A stretch of 40,000 nt of DNA from positions 95,675 through 135,674 of the forward strand of contig CAWAMX010000018.1 in assembly GCA_963783295.1 (NCBI GenBank). The letters run 5' to 3'. The first letter of the stretch is position 1. Each line of letters starts with the position of its first letter. This document shows positions 7,961-14,776 of the stretch, in pieces. The DNA is from an uncultured Chloroflexia bacterium. Lineage in GTDB: Bacteria; Chloroflexota; Anaerolineae; Anaerolineales; Villigracilaceae. A program made the position numbers and the translations under genes. Under the pieces are notes generated by a model. The model saw only the letters and a program-made list of their open reading frames with translations, ran no database searches and was not told the DNA's origin.

Positions 7961-9283
7961 TTACCCAAACAAATTCCCCAAACCTCTTCCACCTGTTTTC
8001 TGCAACGTCTTCATCAACTTCTGCGCTTCGCGGAATTGCTTGATAAGTTTATTCACATCCTGCACATCCGTGCCGGAGCCAGCCGCGATGCGCCGTCTGC
8101 GTGAGGCGTTCAACACATCCGGGTTACGGCGTTCTTTGATCGTCATCGAGCTGATGATGGCTTCCGATTGCCTCATGTTTTTCTCGATGTCCTTCGGGTC
8201 CGCCTGACGCGCGGCTTGCCCGAACTGTCCGGGCAGCATGTCCATCATCTGCGAAAGCGGCCCCATCTTTTTCATCTGCTTCATCTGCTCCAAAAAATCT
8301 TCGAGCGTGAACTGTCCCTTCATCATGCGGTCGGCGGTCTTCTGCGCGGTCTGCTGATCGAACGCGGCTTCGGCTTTTTCGATCAAGCCGATCATGTCGC
8401 CCATTCCCAAAATGCGCGACGACAGCCGCGCCGGATCATAGGTTTCGAGCGCGTCAAGTTTTTCGCCGGTACCGATAAATTTGATCGGCACACCGGTCAC
8501 GGACCGAATCGAGATCGCCGCACCACCGCGTAAGTCGCCATCCATCTTAGTTAAGATCAAGCCAGTGATAGATACATTATCTCGAAAACCTTGGGCGATG
8601 TTCAACGCTTCCTGACCAACCATCGAATCAACTACGAGCAACGTTTCAACAAGCGTGACTTTCGCGGCGATGGATTTCAACTCGTTCATCAATTCCGCGT
8701 CTAACTGCGACCGACCAGCGGTATCCACAATCACGACGCCAAATCCGCCCTTTTCGGCTTTCTCGAAGGCTCGCTTGGCGAGTTCCGGCGGTTTGAGATT
8801 CAAATCTGATTCAACCGGAACATCGATCCGGTCGCCGAGTTGCTGCAACTGTTGCACTGCAGCCGGACGATATGGATCACCTGCGACCAACATCACACGC
8901 TCGCCTTTTGAGCGAAGCAAGCGCGCAAGCTTTCCTGCTGCAGTGGTCTTGCCTGAGCCTTGTAAGCCGACCAACATAATCATGCGCGGCTTCGGACCGG
9001 TTAGATTCAATAGCGCCGGTTCGCCGAGAGTTGCGATCAATTCTTCGTTGACAATCTTGATGATTTGCTGTCCGGGATTCAATGCCCTTGATACTTCCGC
9101 ACCGACCGCGCGTTCACGCACGCGCGCGATGAAAGTTTTGACGACGCTGAAATGAACATCCGCTTCCAATAATGCAAGACGGACTTCGCGCATCGCGGCG
9201 TCTACATCCGCTTCGGATAATTTTCCGCGCCGTCGAAGCTGGTCAAATACTTGATTGAGTCGATTAGTTAATGATTCAAACAT
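7961..9283 (-). CDS. ffh: signal recognition particle protein Ffh
   Basis: 440-aa ORF. N-domain, GTPase motifs GLQGSGKTT and DTAGR, TKMDGD, and a Met-rich M-domain (MKQMKKMGPLSQMMDMLPG). Confidence 0.97.
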   Translation of the reverse strand: MFESLTNRLNQVFDQLRRRGKLSEADVDAAMREVRLALLEADVHFSVVKTFIARVRERAVGAEVSRALNPGQQIIKIVNEELIATLGEPALLNLTGPKPRMIMLVGLQGSGKTTAAGKLARLLRSKGERVMLVAGDPYRPAAVQQLQQLGDRIDVPVESDLNLKPPELAKRAFEKAEKGGFGVVIVDTAGRSQLDAELMNELKSIAAKVTLVETLLVVDSMVGQEALNIAQGFRDNVSITGLILTKMDGDLRGGAAISIRSVTGVPIKFIGTGEKLDALETYDPARLSSRILGMGDMIGLIEKAEAAFDQQTAQKTADRMMKGQFTLEDFLEQMKQMKKMGPLSQMMDMLPGQFGQAARQADPKDIEKNMRQSEAIISSMTIKERRNPDVLNASRRRRIAAGSGTDVQDVNKLIKQFREAQKLMKTLQKTGGRGLGNLFG

Positions 9284-9291
9284 AGGCGAGC

Positions 9292-9320
9292 ATTGTAGTG
9301 CGGTTGCAGGCTTGGGTCAA
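9292..9320 (-). promoter_or_regulatory. sigma70-type promoter of ffh giving a leaderless or near-leaderless mRNA
   Basis: Minus strand: TTGACC (9320-9315), 17-nt spacer, TACAAT (9297-9292). Only 8 nt (GCTCGCCT, no SD) lie before the ATG at 9283. Confidence 0.55.
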
Positions 9321-9331
9321 GAGAAGAAGCG

Positions 9332-9378
9332 CTTCTAAAGACATCAGAAGTCTTTGAGACTTCCGATGTCTTTAGAAG
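9332..9378. repeat. 47-nt near-perfect palindrome/hairpin (20 bp stem) in the ffh/tRNA divergent region
   Basis: CTTCTAAAGACATC-a-GAAGTC-tttga-GACTTC-c-GATGTCTTTAGAAG. Its right foot overlaps the IS target duplication. Confidence 0.8.
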
Positions 9379-9379
9379 G

Positions 9380-10846
9380 GGGAGTACGCAAAGTTTGTCA
9401 GTCGGCCAAGGGTAAACCAGCATAGGATGGCTTCAGGGAATCCCAAGACTTACTGAGCCAAGCGGCTCGGGCTTTGGCAGTTGCAATGACCCCAGGCAGG
9501 GTCCAACGTGCGCCAGAACGTTTCAACCGGACAGCGGCAATCTGCTTGCAAGCGCTTTCGATGGTTCCGCTGCCGATCAGATACCCGAGTTGGCGAAAAC
9601 GTGCGTAGTCCATACGTTTCTCATTGTGATCGTAATAGGTGATTGCCTTTTCGATGAAGGGATGTGCGGCGGTGTGCGAAAGCAAACTGCGACAGGATTG
9701 AATCACATCTTGAATGCGTCCTTCCCACAGTTCGGTACGCACTTGGGTCAGCCATTCGTGAGCCTGTGGCGTGTTTGGGCCGAACGCCGCTTCTGCGATG
9801 GGTGTGAGATATTCGCTGGCGTGATACCAATCCACGATTTGTACGGCGTTTGGATAATATTTTTGCACTAGGTTCCAAATCCACACAGCACCGTCTGAGA
9901 CAAAGACGATTTCTTCATAGCCGTCGACCTGATGTTGGATACCCGTAGCCCATAACAATCGTCCAAATTGTTCGGCTTCCTGGATGTCGCAGTGGTATTT
10001 CATGTTCTTGGCTTGCAGATGACTTTGTTCTCCAACGCGGGATCCGTGGTGATTTTGGGGATGAGAAAGGTGAATCTGCTCCACTTCATACCAACACAAC
10101 GTTTTCAACTCTCGCCACTCCCCGTGCAAGGGCACATGCGCACCATCGACCGAGGCATAGAGGCGCCCAAGATGCCTGGGGAGGCGCTGCTCCCGTTCTT
10201 CTAATCCTTTCATGTCTTCTGCCGCTTGTTTCCATTCTTCTTCGAGTTGGGCTTGTGCCTGTCCATAGCCTTCGGTCTGTTTGAGTACGGTATGATCGCT
10301 TACTCGAAATAACAGAAAACGCTCCGCCAATTGACTGGCTTCTTCAAACGATGTTTCCACTCCCAAGATCCCGAGTAAGCTCGCCAGTCCCGCTGTACTC
10401 TGTCCCGGTCTCAATCCCAAGCGCTCATCCAAGGGTGACTGCCCACAATGGCAATGCGCACACAGATAATATCGACGCCGATAATTCACTTTGCCAAACA
10501 CACTCCATACCACGGCTTCCCGCTTGCCCAGCGGCTCCGCTTCCGCTCCGCATCCACAGCGGACGCAACTTGCATATTTCGCTTCATTCGCTTCAATCAT
10601 TTCCTGCAATCCAAGCCCACAGGCTTCTTTCGCTAACTCGCGCAGCGCTTGTTCGATCTCTGCCACTTGCGCACCTTCCTCGAGTTTCTCCTGCACCGCC
10701 TCGCTCATGATTTCCGCTATCTTTCTTACCACTGCTATGCTAAACTTCATCTCGAGCCTCCTGAGTATCCTTTGGTCTGTGAGAAGCCCAAAGCTTACCT
10801 TAGAGGCTCATTTTTGAAAATCCACTTACAACCTTTACGTGCACCC
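9380..10846 (-). mobile_element. ISKra4-like insertion sequence (1467 bp) with imperfect 18-bp terminal inverted repeats and 8-bp target-site duplication
   Basis: IR-L GGGAGTACGCAAAGTTTG (9380-9397) matches the reverse complement of 10829-10846, GGGTGCACGTAAAGGTTG, at 13/18 positions. Flanking direct repeats TTAGAAGG lie at 9372-9379 and 10847-10854. A single transposase ORF fills the element. Confidence 0.75.
9398..10750 (-). CDS. ISKra4-family DDE transposase
   Basis: 450-aa ORF. N-terminal Cys-rich zinc-ribbon (CVRCGCG...CAHCHCG). DDE-type blocks VSDGAVWIWN, DWYHASEYL and YLIGSGTIESACKQ. Family name assigned from recalled motif pattern, not a search. Confidence 0.8.
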   Translation of the reverse strand: MKFSIAVVRKIAEIMSEAVQEKLEEGAQVAEIEQALRELAKEACGLGLQEMIEANEAKYASCVRCGCGAEAEPLGKREAVVWSVFGKVNYRRRYYLCAHCHCGQSPLDERLGLRPGQSTAGLASLLGILGVETSFEEASQLAERFLLFRVSDHTVLKQTEGYGQAQAQLEEEWKQAAEDMKGLEEREQRLPRHLGRLYASVDGAHVPLHGEWRELKTLCWYEVEQIHLSHPQNHHGSRVGEQSHLQAKNMKYHCDIQEAEQFGRLLWATGIQHQVDGYEEIVFVSDGAVWIWNLVQKYYPNAVQIVDWYHASEYLTPIAEAAFGPNTPQAHEWLTQVRTELWEGRIQDVIQSCRSLLSHTAAHPFIEKAITYYDHNEKRMDYARFRQLGYLIGSGTIESACKQIAAVRLKRSGARWTLPGVIATAKARAAWLSKSWDSLKPSYAGLPLAD

Positions 10847-10862
10847 TTAGAAGGTGCCTTGC

Positions 10863-10891
10863 TTGACAATACCTCTCTCGTCTAGTAAAAT
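10863..10891 (+). promoter_or_regulatory. sigma70-type promoter of the tRNA-Phe/tRNA-Gly unit
   Basis: TTGACA (10863-10868), 17-nt spacer, TAAAAT (10886-10891), about 27 nt upstream of the mature tRNA-Phe 5' end. Confidence 0.6.
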
Positions 10892-10918
10892 CACGAACGC
10901 TTAACAACAGAATATCCT

Positions 10919-10991
10919 GCCGAGATAGCTCAGTTGGTAGAGCACGCGACTGAAAATCGCGGTGTCCACAGTTCAATTCTGTGTCTCGGCA
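10919..10991 (+). tRNA. tRNA-Phe (anticodon GAA)
   Basis: Cloverleaf folded by hand: acceptor GCCGAGA/TCTCGGC, D-arm GCTC-AGTTGGTA-GAGC, anticodon arm CGCGA-CTGAAAA-TCGCG, T-arm CACAG-TTCAATT-CTGTG. No encoded CCA. Confidence 0.93.
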
Positions 10992-11017
10992 CTCTCGGTC
11001 AGGAAGAAGACCGACCT

Positions 11018-11089
11018 GCGGGCGTAGTACAGCGGTAGTACGTCTCCTTGCCAAGGAGAAGGTCGTGGGTTCGAATCCCATCGCCCGCT
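11018..11089 (+). tRNA. tRNA-Gly (anticodon GCC)
   Basis: Acceptor GCGGGCG/CGCCCGC, anticodon arm TCTCC-TTGCCAA-GGAGA, T-arm GTGGG-TTCGAAT-CCCAT. Confidence 0.93.
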
Positions 11090-11093
11090 CTGG

Positions 11094-11124
11094 ATGAGGA
11101 TTGCAAACCAGCAATCCTCATTTT
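11094..11124 (+). terminator. intrinsic terminator after tRNA-Gly
   Basis: ATGAGGATTGC-aaacca-GCAATCCTCAT (11-bp perfect stem) followed by TTTTAT. Confidence 0.75.
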
Positions 11125-11141
11125 ATAATATAGTGAAAGAT

Positions 11142-11212
11142 GGCGTCGTGGCCAAGTGGTAAGGCAAGGGTCTGCAAAACCCTCATCACGGGTCCGAATC
11201 CCGTCGACGCCT
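11142..11212 (+). tRNA. tRNA-Cys (anticodon GCA)
   Basis: Acceptor GGCGTCG/CGACGCC, 3-bp D-stem, anticodon arm AGGGT-CTGCAAA-ACCCT, T-arm ACGGG-TCCGAAT-CCCGT. TATAAT at 11124-11129 lies upstream. Confidence 0.9.
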
Positions 11213-11233
11213 CAATAGACAAATGAACGATAA

Positions 11234-11265
11234 ACAAAGGGGCGGACAATTGTCCGCCTCTTTGT
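11234..11265. terminator. bidirectional intrinsic terminator shared by tRNA-Cys (+) and tyrS (-)
   Basis: ACAAAGGGGCGGACA-at-TGTCCGCCTCTTTGT (15-bp stem with one G.U), flanked by T-rich runs on both strands. Abuts the tyrS stop. Confidence 0.8.
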
Positions 11266-12476
11266 TATTTAACTCTGACAAACTTACGTTTGCCTGCTTG
11301 CAACACTCCTGAGTGTGGAAAAGGAACATCACCCCGCTCCAGTGTTTCGCCATCGAGACGCGCACCTTTCTGTTCGATCAAACGTTTTGCTTCGCTCTTA
11401 CTAGATGCCAATCCCGCGCTCAATAAGACATCAATCACCGTTGCGCCATTTGGCAATTTGAATTCTGGCATTTCTTCAGGTGCTTCTCGTTCTTGAAAAA
11501 CGCGCTTGAACTGTCCTTCCGCTTCTTCCGCCGCAGACTTGCCATAAAAAATCTCGACGATCTCAAGCGCCAATTCCTTTTTCACATCGCGCGGATGACG
11601 TGAATTATTTTTCAATGCGGCTTCAACGTCTCGGATCTGAGCTGGTGTGTAACGAGTCGCAAGCTTAAAGTAGATCGGCATCACGTTATCAGGAATACTC
11701 ATCACTTTGCCATACATATCTTCGGGCGTGGCATGGATCGGGATGTGATTGCCCAACGACTTGGACATGCGAACCACGCCGTCTGTGCCAGGCAGGATGC
11801 TGACAAGGATTCCAATCTGAGGCCGCTCGCCATAGAGTTCCTGCAATTTACGTCCAGCAGTGATGATGTTGAATAACTGGTCACTACCGCCGACTTGAAC
11901 ATCGGTGTTCATGGCGACAGCGTCATAGCCCTGCATCAAGGCGTAAAATGTTTCATGCAAATACACCGGATCACCTTTTTCCCATCGCAGTTTGAAATTT
12001 TCGCGCGAGATAAATTGTTGAATGGTAAACGCCGAACCGAGTTTAATCATATCGGCTAGTTTCAAATCCAACAACCATTCATGATTGAAGCGGATTTTTG
12101 TTTTCTCACGATCCAGAATCGTGAAAGCCTGCTCGGCATAAGTCCGCGCGTTGTGTTCGGTCTCTTCCTTCGATAAAACAGCGCGCAATTTGTCCTTGTC
12201 TGATGGATCGCCAACCATGCTGGTGCCTGTGCCAATCAAGAACGTCACCTCGTGGCCTAAATCCTGAAATTGGCGCAGTTTACGCATGGTAATGGTATGC
12301 CCCAAATGCAAATCGGATGTGCGTGGATCATAGCCGCAATAGACACGCAAAGGCCGTCCCTCTTTTTGCGCTTCAACCAAGCGTGCCCGCAATTCGGTGG
12401 TCATGGCTTTTTTCAGATCCTCGTCGCCATATTCCGTGCCTTGCATCAAAAGTTCAACCTGCTCATCTATGTTCAA
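11265..12476 (-). CDS. tyrS: tyrosine--tRNA ligase (type with C-terminal S4 domain)
   Basis: HIGH motif HLGH, KMSKS variant RMSKS, YCGYDP block, and a C-terminal S4-like SKSEAKRLIEQKGARLDGE. Start reassigned to TTG 12476 (MNIDEQVELL...) preceded by GAGGAGG at 12488-12482. The ORF-track TTG at 12524 lies inside the upstream terminator hairpin. Confidence 0.93.
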   Translation of the reverse strand: MNIDEQVELLMQGTEYGDEDLKKAMTTELRARLVEAQKEGRPLRVYCGYDPRTSDLHLGHTITMRKLRQFQDLGHEVTFLIGTGTSMVGDPSDKDKLRAVLSKEETEHNARTYAEQAFTILDREKTKIRFNHEWLLDLKLADMIKLGSAFTIQQFISRENFKLRWEKGDPVYLHETFYALMQGYDAVAMNTDVQVGGSDQLFNIITAGRKLQELYGERPQIGILVSILPGTDGVVRMSKSLGNHIPIHATPEDMYGKVMSIPDNVMPIYFKLATRYTPAQIRDVEAALKNNSRHPRDVKKELALEIVEIFYGKSAAEEAEGQFKRVFQEREAPEEMPEFKLPNGATVIDVLLSAGLASSKSEAKRLIEQKGARLDGETLERGDVPFPHSGVLQAGKRKFVRVK

Positions 12477-12493
12477 AGAAACCTCCTCAAGAT

Positions 12494-12603
12494 AAAACAA
12501 AAACGCGCCCGCGAGGGCGCGCAATTATTCCCTCGCAATATTCTATGCGCGGGAATAATAGTATGGGAAAGCAAAGATGGAATTCATCCCCATTATTATA
12601 CCA
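12494..12603 (-). promoter_or_regulatory. tyrS leader: extended -10 promoter, Tyr-codon leader peptide, alternative 1:2/2:3/3:4 helices and intrinsic terminator (ribosome-mediated attenuator candidate)
   Basis: Minus strand: TGgTATAAT (12603-12595). Helix 1:2 is UUAUUCCC (12558-12551) with GGGAAUAA (12532-12525). Helix 2:3 is GCGAGGG (12536-12530) with CCCUCGC (12517-12511). Terminator is CGCGCCC (12521-12515) with GGGCGCG (12510-12504) plus UUUUUGUUUU (12503-12494). Confidence 0.7.
12543..12593 (-). CDS. candidate 16-aa leader peptide MGMNSIFAFPYYYSRA (or 14 aa from the second ATG at 12587)
   Basis: ATG GGG ATG AAT TCC ATC TTT GCT TTC CCA TAC TAT TAT TCC CGC GCA TAG. The three consecutive Tyr codons (12563-12555) overlap attenuator segment 1. 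There is no SD, and ATG 12587 lies about 7-8 nt after the -10 (possible leaderless start). Confidence 0.55.
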   Translation of the reverse strand: MGMNSIFAFPYYYSRA

Positions 12604-12606
12604 AAC

Positions 12607-13269
12607 TTATTGACCCAGATTCACGGCAAACGTCCATGGACCCTTGATCGTATAGAATTCGTCACTGTAGACGATTTTCTCAGCGTCCGCCTCCGACATC
12701 GAAGCAGGCTTGCTGACGATCTGCATGGCCATAACGCCGTTCGCGTTCGCCTTGCAATCCAGTGCGATGCCAAGGCCGCGTTTATTCAGGGTCTGCTGAA
12801 TCTTCGGCATATACAATGAACAATATTCATCAGGCGTTGGATAGGCGCCAATCGATTCAATCACCAGCGAAGCGGAAGTCAAATCGGCATCGGGAGGAAC
12901 ATAAAAGGTAACCTGGTCACATCGCTTTCCCGGCTGTCCATTGGAGCCGCTTTGCGTGGTCATTAATGACGCAGTGAAATCCGTGATGGACTGACCGCTG
13001 TAATCAAAGTGGGTGCTCCATATCGTCCAATCCGATGCGTCCGGCAAAGCAAAACAAACATCTGCATAAACTGTTTTACCGTCACGCCAAGCACGCTGAA
13101 GACTGAAATTAAATCCACCAACATTTTGATTGGAAACAGGTCCGGAGGCTTGCATGGTCGGATAGGATGCCTCTTCTATGGTTGGAAGAACAACTTGAGG
13201 CGATTGATTCGCGCCACAAGCCGACATGAATACCGCAGCAAAAACCAAAATTGGAATTAACTTTTTCAT
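12607..13269 (-). CDS. lipoprotein of unknown function
   Basis: Start moved to ATG 13269 (AGGAG SD; the upstream gene ends at 13280). Signal peptide MKKLIPILVFAAVFMSAC carries a lipobox (FMSAC). No recognisable catalytic motifs. Confidence 0.75.
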   Translation of the reverse strand: MKKLIPILVFAAVFMSACGANQSPQVVLPTIEEASYPTMQASGPVSNQNVGGFNFSLQRAWRDGKTVYADVCFALPDASDWTIWSTHFDYSGQSITDFTASLMTTQSGSNGQPGKRCDQVTFYVPPDADLTSASLVIESIGAYPTPDEYCSLYMPKIQQTLNKRGLGIALDCKANANGVMAMQIVSKPASMSEADAEKIVYSDEFYTIKGPWTFAVNLGQ

Positions 13270-13279
13270 TCGTAATCTC

Positions 13280-14170
13280 CTAATGAAACAGATCTGCAAG
13301 CGCAACTTCGACACGCGGAAATCGGAATTGATAACCGAGTTCGAGCAAACGTTTCGGCTGGCAATATCTTCCTTCCGTAACAAGAACACTCATCTCGCCA
13401 AGCATAACACGAAGCATGAATGATGGCGTCGGTAACCAATACGGTCGATGCAGGGTTTTCGCAACCGCCCGCATGAATTCCGCACTGGAGGTTGGTCCTG
13501 GCGCAATTAAATTATAAGCGCCATTCGCGTTTTGGTTCTCCATCAAAAAACGGATTGCGCCGATCACATCAGCCATGTGAATCCATGGCACAGCCTGCCT
13601 GCCATCTCCAATCGGTCCGCCTATAAAGAGGCGCACAGGCAAAGCCATCAGCGGAAAGATGCCGCCTTGCCTTGCAAGAACCACTGCCTGACGAAGGACA
13701 ACGCGTCGCACGCCCAATTCTTCAATTGATTTTATCGCGTCTTCCCATTGAATTGTGAGCTTTGCAAGAAAGTCATCCGCAGAAGGAGTTGTCTCATCGG
13801 CAACAGAGTCACCGCGCAGACCGTAATAGTTGATTCCAGAGGCTTGGACGAAAATGCGCGGGCGCTGAGTCGCTTCTTTGATGGCAGAGGCCAATGCCAG
13901 TCCGGGATTGACGCGTAAGTCAAGGAATTTTTGCTTTTGGGACTTTGTCCACGGCCAATGAGCCAAGCTAAATCCTGTCAGATTTATAATCGCATCCATA
14001 TCATTTACGCGTTGACCCCACTCTTTAGTAGTTTGCCCATCCCATTGAATTTGATTCGTTGATTCGGGAGACTGGCGCGTCAAAATGAAAACTTGATGAT
14101 AATCCGATAAAAGAGAGTCCGTCAGTGCCCGACCGATGAAGCCGGAACCACCTGCGATTAATATTTTCAT
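13280..14170 (-). CDS. TIGR01777-type NAD-dependent epimerase/dehydratase family protein (YfcH-like, C-terminal DUF1731)
   Basis: 296-aa ORF with GGAG SD. Rossmann motif MKILIAGGSGFIGRAL. C-terminal ...CQPKRLLELGYQFRFP is typical of the family. Confidence 0.8.
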   Translation of the reverse strand: MKILIAGGSGFIGRALTDSLLSDYHQVFILTRQSPESTNQIQWDGQTTKEWGQRVNDMDAIINLTGFSLAHWPWTKSQKQKFLDLRVNPGLALASAIKEATQRPRIFVQASGINYYGLRGDSVADETTPSADDFLAKLTIQWEDAIKSIEELGVRRVVLRQAVVLARQGGIFPLMALPVRLFIGGPIGDGRQAVPWIHMADVIGAIRFLMENQNANGAYNLIAPGPTSSAEFMRAVAKTLHRPYWLPTPSFMLRVMLGEMSVLVTEGRYCQPKRLLELGYQFRFPRVEVALADLFH

Positions 14171-14256
14171 AAAATCATCTCCACTTGCATAACCATTACA
14201 GCCAGTTTACCGATTCATTCAAGAAGCAGTATAATCAATGTCAATTACAAATTGCT

Positions 14257-14760
14257 ATGCAGGAACCCGTCTTGGTGCTCAACGCAAACTTTGAACCGAT
14301 CAATGTTTGCACTACGCGACGAGCCATCGGATTGATGTTGGGGGGTAAAGCGGCGATGGTGGCAAATGGCCGCGGTTATATCCGAACAGTCAAAGAATTG
14401 ATCCCACGGCCCTCGGTCATTCGCCTGGATGTGCAAATTCATCGCCCACGCCCGCGCATCAAGCTAACGCGCCGCGAAGTTTTTCGCCGTGACAATTATA
14501 CCTGCCAGTATTGTGGTCGGCGTGATGGGGGCCTGACGGTGGATCACGTGATCCCCAGACATTTGGGCGGACCCCACACATGGACTAATGTTGTGGCAGC
14601 TTGTCCCTCCTGCAATCACCACAAAGGCGGACGTCAACTCGAAGAAGCGCATATGAATCTTTTCCACATTCCAAAAGAACCTCCTGCCAATGCCGCTTAT
14701 ATCTTCGGGCGGCATTTGGCTGAGAATGAAGAGTGGGCACAATATATCAATGGCTGGTAA
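14257..14760 (+). CDS. HNH endonuclease family protein
   Basis: C-x2-C...DH...N...C-x2-C-N-x2-K motif (CQYCGRRDGGLTVDHVIPRHLGGPHTWTNVVAACPSCNHHKG). Start set at ATG 14257, downstream of TATAAT 14230-14235; the ORF-track TTG at 14185 is less likely. Confidence 0.8.
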   Translation: MQEPVLVLNANFEPINVCTTRRAIGLMLGGKAAMVANGRGYIRTVKELIPRPSVIRLDVQIHRPRPRIKLTRREVFRRDNYTCQYCGRRDGGLTVDHVIPRHLGGPHTWTNVVAACPSCNHHKGGRQLEEAHMNLFHIPKEPPANAAYIFGRHLAENEEWAQYINGW

Positions 14761-14776
14761 TTCAAATTACTGAAAA

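Noticed and set aside
7711-7992. 93-aa minus-strand ORF downstream of ffh
   Set aside because: It overlaps the ffh 3' end by 32 nt, has no SD at any candidate start and has no recognisable family pattern. It is left as unassigned sequence and discussed in the findings.
8655-9155. 166-aa plus-strand ORF
   Set aside because: It lies antisense within ffh and has no independent support.
10800-11114. 104-aa minus-strand ORF
   Set aside because: It lies antisense across tRNA-Phe and tRNA-Gly, and its translation is an artefact of the structured tRNA sequence.
12477-12524. N-terminal 16 codons of the ORF-track tyrS (MRALAGAFLFYLEEVS)
   Set aside because: These codons are the terminator hairpin, U-tract and SD of the leader. 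A TTG at 12476 with a GAGGAGG SD gives a normal TyrRS N-terminus.
12477-12606. Expected a T-box riboswitch upstream of tyrS
   Set aside because: The leader is only about 130 nt. No T-box consensus (AGGGUGGNACCGCG-like) or specifier-loop/Stem I architecture is visible. The terminator/antiterminator is instead linked to a Tyr-codon uORF.
13270-13389. Upstream extension of the lipoprotein ORF
   Set aside because: It overlaps the 3' end of the epimerase-family gene. ATG 13269 has an AGGAG SD and starts a canonical lipoprotein signal peptide.
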